Source: Octopus sinensis
Lineage: Eukaryota
DNA length: 16,108 nt
NCBI RefSeq assembly: GCF_006345805.1
Contig: NW_021825267.1
Span: forward strand, 1-16,108
Reading direction: 5' to 3'
This document shows, piece by piece, positions 9,217 through 16,108 of the stretch (the stretch's first letter is position 1; every line of letters starts with the position of its first letter). A program made the position numbers and the translations under genes. The notes beneath the pieces were generated by a model. That model saw nothing but the letters and a program-made list of their open reading frames with translations, had not been told where the DNA came from and did not search any database.

Positions 9217-9525
9217 TTATTCTAAGGCCGTGGTGGATATGTCGTTTGTTGTAGATGCGTTCAAAAGGGGTCTGTATTTTGTAATAAAGAGAGGCTCTTT
9301 ACTAATTCGTTGGCTACAGATTGTATCATCCCTGGAGGGGAAAAATTCTGAAGCCTGGATTTTTGTTATTGGCGCAAATGTCTACGTGTTGGTTGAATGC
9401 TATTTTTCTGTTTTGGGGAATTTTGGTCTGGGATCTGTGCAGAGCCATCCTTTTACGTAGACTGTTTTTGTTTGGCCTATGTATTGCTCTTGACACCCAG
9501 AGCAGGTTAGTGCTTATATCAGGTT
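9217..9525 (-). pseudogene. Penelope-like element ORF C-terminus (GIY-YIG endonuclease), disrupted
   Basis: Manual translation: NLI*ALTCSGCQEQYIGQTK / NSLRKRMALHRSQTKIPQNRKIAFNQHVDICANNKNPGFRIFPL / DDTICSQRISKEPLFITKYRPLLNASTTNDISTTALE*. The IY-x-L-x-C-xx-C-xxx-YIG motif and the conserved R, H, E and N are in the order expected for the Penelope-type nuclease. There is one in-frame stop and two frameshifts. Confidence 0.88.
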
Positions 9526-9646
9526 ATTATTATTATTGAGTGAGAGAGCAGTGCTTGCCATCAAAGTGATACTGGGGTAAAATTTACGAAGCCCAGTATA
9601 CCTATCATGACTACCCGTCTGATAAGGGTACACCAGGCGCATGCAT
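9524..9646 (-). mobile_element. Unclassified interspersed-repeat fragment, probably a retroposon 3' end, between (ATT)n tracts
   Basis: Non-simple sequence GAGTGAGAGAGCAGTGCTTGCCATCAAAGTG... abuts an (ATT)n run and truncates the Penelope ORF. It is recognised only from memory as a common octopus repeat. Confidence 0.45.
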
Positions 9647-9666
9647 TATTATTATTATTATTATTA

Positions 9667-9707
<41 letters not shown>

Positions 9708-9730
9708 TATTATTATTATTATTATTATGT
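9646..9730. repeat. (ATT)n microsatellite
   Basis: Directly visible. Confidence 0.97.
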
Positions 9731-9811
9731 ATTTATGTTTTTCAGAATGTGGGTGATCAGGATCTGTCTTTGTATATTACGCACGGATGTTAGCATACAC
9801 AGTTGTGTGTC

Positions 9812-9814
<3 letters not shown>

Positions 9815-9855
<41 letters not shown>
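9815..9855. repeat. (CA)n microsatellite
   Basis: Directly visible. Confidence 0.97.
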
Positions 9856-9859
<4 letters not shown>

Positions 9860-9944
9860 ACCCCTACCCTCACATACAGGCTTATGCGTGTATATAAGTT
9901 GTTAAAATAAGGAATGCTTCTGCAGCTAAAAAGCAGGACTGGAA

Positions 9945-10138
9945 GAACGAAGAGGAAGTAGAAGATGCTGCTGTTGCTGCTGCTGCAGCTACTTATGATG
10001 ATGATGATGAACGAGGAGGAGGAGGAGGAGGAGGAGGAGAATTAGAAGGAAAAAGATGACGATGACGATGATGAAGAAGAAAAGAAGAAGTTGAAGAAGA
10101 AGAAGAAAAGAAGTTGAGGAAGAAAAGAAGAAGAACGA
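9945..10138. repeat. Mixed trinucleotide tract (GCT, GAT, GGA, GAA)
   Basis: Directly visible. Confidence 0.9.
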
Positions 10139-10382
10139 GGAGGAGGAAGAGGAATGAGGAGGAGGAAGAAGAATGAGGAGGAGGAAGAAGAATGAGGAGG
10201 AGGAAGAGGAAAGAGGCGGAGGAAGAAGAATGAGGAGGAGGAAGAGGAATGAGGAGGAGGAAGAGGAATGAGGAGGAGGAAGAGGAATGAGGAGGAGGAA
10301 GAGGAATGAGGAGGAGGAAGAAGAATGAGGAGGAGGAAGAGGAATGAGGAGGAGGAAGAGGAATGAGGAGGAGGAAGAGGAA
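10139..10382. repeat. 19-bp minisatellite GGAGGAGGAAGA(G/A)GAATGA, about 13 units
   Basis: Units can be counted directly; three units give the 19-aa periodicity in ORFs 9993..10391 and 10042..10410. Confidence 0.95.
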
Positions 10383-10496
10383 CAAAAACAAGAAGAAAAT
10401 TAGAGAACAATGTTTTAAAGAAAGTAAAATTAAATTCTTTAAATTCTTAATTTTTTTAATGCCGGTAAATACAATCTAACACGAATGCACACACAC

Positions 10497-10531
<35 letters not shown>

Positions 10532-10692
10532 TTATATATTTCTGTATATGTATGTATATATATATATATAATATGATCATGGATATATTATCAAATTTTC
10601 ATCAATTATTTGTGTTCTGTTTGTTCAGATCTTCAATTAATGTTTGACCTTCGGAAATTTCAGCATTCTTTTCTACTCATCTTAATCGGAAG

Positions 10693-10725
<33 letters not shown>

Positions 10726-10964
10726 AGCAGCTCGTCTAAGAAGACTAAAAGAAGATAAGAGAGAAACACACACACACACACACACACGCACACACACGTA
10801 AACTAAGATTTTCCCCGGAAAAGCACACAATTATAAAGCAGAGTGCAAAGAATGTGTTTAAAAGCGTGAGTTATTTAAAAATATCTGGATACGTAATTAA
10901 TTAATTGTGTGTCTTGGGGGAGATGTTGTGATTACTTCCGTCTACTATTTAATCTTATCATTAT

Positions 10965-11076
10965 TTATCATTATCATCATTTATTATAGTTGTTGTTGTT
11001 ACTACTGTTGTTATTATTATTATTATTATTATTATATTATATATTATTATATATTATAATTATTATATTATTATTA

Positions 11077-11155
<79 letters not shown>

Positions 11156-11175
11156 TATTATTATCATTATTATCA
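10965..11175. repeat. (ATT)n-rich microsatellite
   Basis: Directly visible. Confidence 0.95.
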
Positions 11176-11215
11176 ATTAATGGTATTATTGTATATATCA
11201 ATACCCGCTAGCGTA

Positions 11216-11280
11216 CTGTGCTTTTTTCATCACTCCGGAATCGATAAGATATAGTGTCTTTTAGATACTGGGGTAGATAT
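11216..11280 (+). mobile_element. Highly degenerate group C SINE central fragment
   Basis: TTTTCATCACTCCGGAATCGATAAG...ATACTGGGGTAGAT resembles TTTCATCCTTTCGGGGTCGATAAA...ACTGGGGTCGAT. Confidence 0.4.
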
Positions 11281-11390
11281 TGGTTTGGGTTAGAGTGGGA
11301 GATCCGGATTGAAGTGAAGCCTAAAACATAGGACAGGATCCAATGACCTTATACAATTCCCAGGAAGACAACAACTGCAAGTGGTAGCGG

Positions 11391-11967
11391 GGATCTTTTC
11401 AGTTTGAACGGCAGTTTTTTTCTAGCGGTGTCATATGCAATTGTCACCCATAATTATGAACCTAGTATCGATCTATTGCATTTCAATCTGTTCTAGGGTT
11501 AGGGTTAGGGGTGGGGGAAGGGTATCTTTTTTTCTTCACAAATGTAAATAAACCCAGGATCTTTTCGGTTTGAACGGCGGTTTTTTCTAGTGGTGTCATA
11601 TGAAATCGTCACCCATTATTATGACCCTAGTATCGATCTATAGCATTTCAATCTGTTTTAGGGTTAGGGGTGAGGGGAAGGGTATCTTTTTTCTTCACAA
11701 ATGTAAATAAACCCAATCTGTTTCTTAAACAAGGGACATATTCATACGGCACAGAATTATTTTTTTTACCTCAATAGACGTCGTGAATGGTTGAAATTGC
11801 AGAAATTGAAGAAAATAACAACAAATATCTTACAAACTATAGAATATTCTCAATAAGGCCAAGAGAAAAAGATGTTTTATAAACACATTCTACCAGTATA
11901 CGAAGTTTAAAATTTTTTAGTTACCTAGAAATTATGTTAAAAACTGCCGTTAAAACCGAAAAGATCC
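11391..11967. mobile_element. MITE / non-autonomous DNA transposon with 28-bp TIRs and a tandemly duplicated left end
   Basis: The left TIR (11391-11418) and right TIR (11940-11967) match at 26/28 positions. 11391-11556 is repeated at 11557-11715. There is no ORF. Both flanks read GG, so a TSD is uncertain. Confidence 0.88.
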
Positions 11968-11979
11968 GGTTGCGGAAAG

Positions 11980-12010
11980 CACAAGACATTGGTGCCACAC
12001 AAGACATTGG
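11980..12010. repeat. Short tandem duplication, CACAAGACATTGG x2 (period 18)
   Basis: Exact 13-mer at 11980-11992 and 11998-12010. Confidence 0.9.
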
Positions 12011-12078
12011 AAAACACAATCAATAGAAAATTATTGTTGAAAGCAAAGTTCCACCATCTTCAGCGAAAACAACAGCAA

Positions 12079-12142
12079 GTGGAGGCACAATGGCCCTATG
12101 GTTAGGGCAGCGGACTCGCGGTTGGAGGATCGCGGTTTCGAT
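12079..12142 (+). mobile_element. Isolated tRNA-like head of SINE group A
   Basis: GTGGAGGCACAATGGCCCTATGGTTAGGGCAGCGGACTCGCGG...GATCGCGGTTTCGAT matches the head of 6461-6777; the body is absent. Confidence 0.85.
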
Positions 12143-12506
12143 CGCGGTTGTCTTATTAGCCAGGCTTTAGTCTTGGGACAAGCGAAAAGCGTCAAAGGGC
12201 ACTTGACTTTCGAAATGTTGTCAATCTCTCATAACTTTCTACTTGTTAGACTCAACAGTCTGCGAAAATTCCACATTGGCGTTCGAAAGAACGCCAATGT
12301 TATTATATGATTGTGGCAGGAGAAAGAGACTGCACTCTGGAGGTAACTCTGGGCTATTGACAAAAATCAACTGGTTAGTCTGTTCTGGAGGACTTTTCAA
12401 CCGGACCCTGCAGATAACTTTCATGAATCCCTCTGCTGCATGTACAACTAGGATGATCTGCGGGGCATTATTAATTCGAAATAAAGTTTACAGGCAAACA
12501 ACTACC

Positions 12507-12885
12507 TATTTCTTGACAAACGAGGACAGACAAAGGGGTTAAGTCGATTACATCGACCCCAGTGCGTAACTGGTACTTAATTTATCGACGCCGAAAGGAT
12601 GAACTGCAAAGTCGACCTCGGCGGAATTTGAACCCACAACGTAACGGCAGACGAAATACCTATTTCTTTATTACCCACAAGGAGCTAAACATAGAGGGGA
12701 CAACCAAGGACAGACAAACGGATTAAGTCGATTATATCGACCCCAGTGCGTAACTGGTACTTAATTTATCGACGCCGAAAGGATGAACTGCAAAGTCGAC
12801 CTCGGCGGAATTCGAACGTGAATACAAACGAAATACCGCTAAGCATTTCGCCCGGCGTGCTAACGTTTCTGCCAGCTTGCCGCCT
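12507..12885 (-). mobile_element. SINE group C dimer (head plus two units)
   Basis: Same architecture and junction as 8136-8552, with a 7-bp deletion in unit 1 and about a 30-bp deletion near the end of unit 2. Confidence 0.9.
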
Positions 12886-12886
12886 A

Positions 12887-13071
12887 CCATTTCCTGAGCC
12901 AGTTCATGATGCGCTCGTCCAGTCGGAGTATGGAAGACTTGTGATGCTATGCTTCCACACGTGGAGCGGATCCAGTTATTAACCGAGCTCACTGTAAAAT
13001 CATCTCGCCGCCATCAACAACCTGAGAAGGGCAAACATTTTTTATATGTCTGCTTCATATGGCGAAAGAAG
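12887..13071 (-). pseudogene. Possible decayed non-LTR reverse transcriptase C-terminal remnant
   Basis: Frames give LLSPYEADI*KMFALLRLLMAAR and KSSILRLDERIMNWLRKW, continuing as CLPVNF beyond the SINE (12483-12500). This recalls the LxP..K.F.LPRL and LD..IR..LRKWL.LP motifs of R2/NeSL/RTE-type RTs; it is motif memory only. Confidence 0.38.
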
Positions 13072-13328
13072 GTGTCTAGTGAGTAACATTGAAATGGCAT
13101 GAGAACAGATAAGTTTCTCTTTGATGAAGACAGCATCAAATTAGTTTAACTTGAAAAAAGAAAACAAGCATGGAGATGTAAGTGCTGCCCTCCAGCTAAT
13201 TATTTGAAAGAGAGATGAGAGCGGACAGCACCATGTATTTCAGTCACATCCTTTGATTTCCAGACAGAATCAATTTACTGACCAATGACGAAAAAACTTA
13301 ATGAAAATTTTGTTACACAGTGTTATGA

Positions 13329-13531
13329 AAGCGACATGCTGCCGGAATCAATGAGCGTCTGGCAAAATGTTTAGCGGCATTCTTCTGTTCCGAGTTCAAA
13401 TGACGTTGAAGTCGACTTTGCTTTTCAACTTTTCAAGGTCGATTAAGTAAGTAGCAGCAAAAGTGCAGAGGTTGATGAAATCGACTGGGCTCTACCTCAG
13501 AATTTCAGGCCCTGTGCCTATAGAAGAAAGG
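13329..13531 (+). mobile_element. Older monomeric group C-related SINE with a different 3' end
   Basis: The head and GAGTTCAAAT...GTCGACTTTGC match group C. The 3' end ATTTCAGGCCCTGTGCCTATAGAAGAAAGG runs into an (ATT)n tail. Confidence 0.72.
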
Positions 13532-13583
<52 letters not shown>

Positions 13584-13615
13584 TATCATCATTATTTCAT
13601 TATTATTATTATTAC

Positions 13616-13651
<36 letters not shown>

Positions 13652-13766
13652 TATTATTATTATTATGATTATTATTTTTAATTATTATTATTATTATTAT
13701 TATTACATTATTATTATTATTATTATTATTAGATTATTATTATTATTATTATATTATTATTATTAT
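13532..13766. repeat. (ATT)n tract, probably the expanded SINE tail
   Basis: Directly visible; starts exactly at the end of 13329-13531. Confidence 0.95.
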
Positions 13767-13785
13767 CATGAAAAGTTTCCATATA

Positions 13786-14202
13786 GGCGCAGGAGTGGCT
13801 GTGTGGTAAGTAGCTTGTTTACCAATCACATGGTTCCGGGTTCAGTCCCACTGCGTGGCACCTTTGGCAAGTGTCTTCTACTATAGCCTCGAGCAGACCA
13901 AAGCCTTGTGAGTGGATTTGGTAGACAGAAACTGAAAGAAGCCCGTCGTATATATGTATATATATGTGTGTGTATATGTTTGTGTGTCTGTGTTTGTCCC
14001 CCTAGCATTGCTTGACAACAGATGCTGGTGTGTTTATGTCCCCGTTACTAAGCGGTTCGGCAAAAGAGACCGATAGAATAAGTACTGGGCTTAGAAAAGA
14101 AAAAGCCCCGGGGTCGATTTGCTCGATTAAAGGAGGTGCTCCAGCATGGCCGCAGTCAAATGACTGAAACAAGTAAAAGAGTAAAAAGAGAGTAAAAGAG
14201 TA
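13786..14202 (+). mobile_element. Full-length tRNA-derived SINE group B (CORE-like)
   Basis: A box TGGCTGTGTGG (13796-13806), B box GGTTCAGTCCC (13839-13849), CORE-like GGCACCTTTGGCAAGTGTCTT, an internal TA/TG microsatellite and a (GTAAAAGA)n-like tail. Confidence 0.88.
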
Positions 14203-14317
14203 TATAATTAAATATATTCCAATGATAAACCCACCAATATAAATATGAATGTACATCAAAATACGGGGCGGGTCTTTTTAGGAAATAATGCAGTTTTATT
14301 TGCCTTTCTCTCTTATA

Positions 14318-14759
14318 CAGAATGTAACGGCAGACGAAATACCTATTTCTTTACTATCCATAAGGGGCTAAACACAGAGAGGACAAACAAGGACAGACAA
14401 ATGGATTAAGTCGATTATCTCGACCCCAGTGCGTAACTGGTACTTATTTAATCGACCCTGAAAGGATGAATGGCAAAGTCGACCTCGGCGGAATTTGAAC
14501 TCAGAACGTGAAGACAAACGAAATACCTATTTCTTTATTACCCACAAGAAGCTAAACATAGAGGGGACAAACAAGGACAGACATAGGTATTAAGTCGATT
14601 ACATCGACCCCAGTGCGTAACTGGTACTTTAATTTATCGATCCCGAAAGGATGAAAGGCAAAGTCGACCTCGGCGGAATTTGAACTCACAACGTAACGGC
14701 AGACGAAATACCGCTAAGCATTTCGACCGGCGTGCTAATGATTCTGCCAGCTCGCCGCC
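14318..14759 (-). mobile_element. SINE group C multimer (head, two full units and the start of a third)
   Basis: CGAAATACC recurs at 14335, 14519 and 14704 (periods 184 and 185); two identical junctions. Confidence 0.92.
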
Positions 14760-14844
14760 GTAACACATGTACTTTTATTTCGACAGGGATAAATGGGTCC
14801 TCGCGTATGTCTTCGTGAGTGTTAATTTGAGTCTTTATGATAAA

Positions 14845-14926
14845 TATATATATATATAAATGTATATGTATATATATATATTATATAATATATATATATA
14901 TATATATATGTATATGCGTTATTATG

Positions 14927-14960
<34 letters not shown>

Positions 14961-14986
14961 AGTATATATTATATATAATCTATATG

Positions 14987-15023
<37 letters not shown>

Positions 15024-15297
15024 TACATACATACATACATGAATGTTTGTTGTGTGTAAGTATATGTATATTTATGTGAGTATATATATATAAATGTATA
15101 TATATATATACATGACTGTTTGTGTGTGTAAGTATATGTATATGTATGATGAGTGAGTAATATATATATATATATATATTATACATACATGAATTGTGTG
15201 TAAGTATTATTATTTGTATAGTGTCTATATAAATATATTATATTATATGTATATGTATGTAATATGTAATAATATATATATTATATATATATATATC

Positions 15298-15330
<33 letters not shown>
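14845..15330. repeat. (TA)n-rich compound microsatellite
   Basis: Directly visible. Confidence 0.95.
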
Positions 15331-15332
<2 letters not shown>

Positions 15333-16108
15333 CATGTGCATACATGTATATGCGTACATATGTACATAGACACACGTGCCTGCGAAGGATGGGGCGTCGA
15401 TACTAGTTATATTTATATACTTCTACATAAATGTGACTGTGTGAACGTGTCAGATATTTTCAAGGGTAAATGTCTCTAGGTGATATTTTAATTATTTCTT
15501 CAAAATATAATGACACTCTTGTTAATGCTGTTGACGTTTCTTTTTTTTTTCCTCCTCGTTATTCATCTTACGCATGTACTTTAGCATTCATCGCTCGACA
15601 TCCATTACAAGCAGCTTTTCATGCAATCACCTCCCCTTCCACGTTCATCATGCAAGACGTCGTCACAACAATGGTACGAATGATAGAAATCAGAGTATTT
15701 TATTCATTTGTTTAGTAATTTTCTTTATCTATGCGTCGCTCTGTCTATACAACTGGGTCATGAAATTTTTCCGCTTTAAAGACGCCATTTTTGTCGTATG
15801 GAATTTAGGACAAATCATCTTAGCAAAGACATATTGTGGTTCTTCGCGTCGTTTCATTGAACGAGCTTGTGTTTTGATGATAGATCAGCTAGAAACAGCA
15901 GCTAAATATTCGTTAAATCGCACCGTAACGTCATAAAAAAGCATGGTCTACAAGAACGAAGCAAAACAGTTCTATATATATACCCGATTCTTCGAAAGTT
16001 GATGATTTTTATGATTGCCCCACGCATACAGAAAACGCGTGCACATACATACACACGCACACACATATGTATGCATATACATCTCTCTATCTATGTATAT
16101 ATATATAT

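Noticed and set aside
9200-9539. Plus-strand ORFs 9200..9460 and 9321..9539
   Set aside because: Antisense shadow of the Penelope GIY-YIG remnant.
9993-10410. Two ORFs with a 19-aa repeat
   Set aside because: Arithmetic consequence of a 19-bp minisatellite.
11391-11715. CRISPR-like or telomeric array
   Set aside because: Only two long units with no spacers, and 2-3 TTAGGG hexamers inside a TIR element; eukaryotic context.
12000-12070. Minus-strand CTGAAGA at 12057-12063 as a hammerhead
   Set aside because: No stem II followed by GAAA and no GUH with a matching stem I.
15574-15936. GPCR N-terminus/TM1-TM2 reading of the 120-aa ORF
   Set aside because: Motif spacing is wrong, TM2 lacks the conserved Asp and the frame closes early.

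Overview
AT-rich, gene-poor animal DNA dominated by microsatellites and retroposons. The repeat families resemble, from memory and not from a database search, those of octopod cephalopods. No intact protein-coding gene is supported: almost all listed ORFs are simple-repeat or SINE artefacts. Contents: three tRNA-derived SINE groups (labelled A, B and C here), one of them forming head-plus-184-bp multimers; a ~580-bp MITE with 28-bp TIRs; a Helitron-like remnant; a decayed Penelope-type GIY-YIG endonuclease fragment (9217-9525, minus); and a possible non-LTR RT remnant. The most notable signal is three sequence-unrelated minimal type I hammerhead ribozyme motifs at 3049-3102, 4241-4287 and 6106-6175. 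All three are on the minus strand and have a (near-)palindromic stem III, and several decayed candidates lie nearby.
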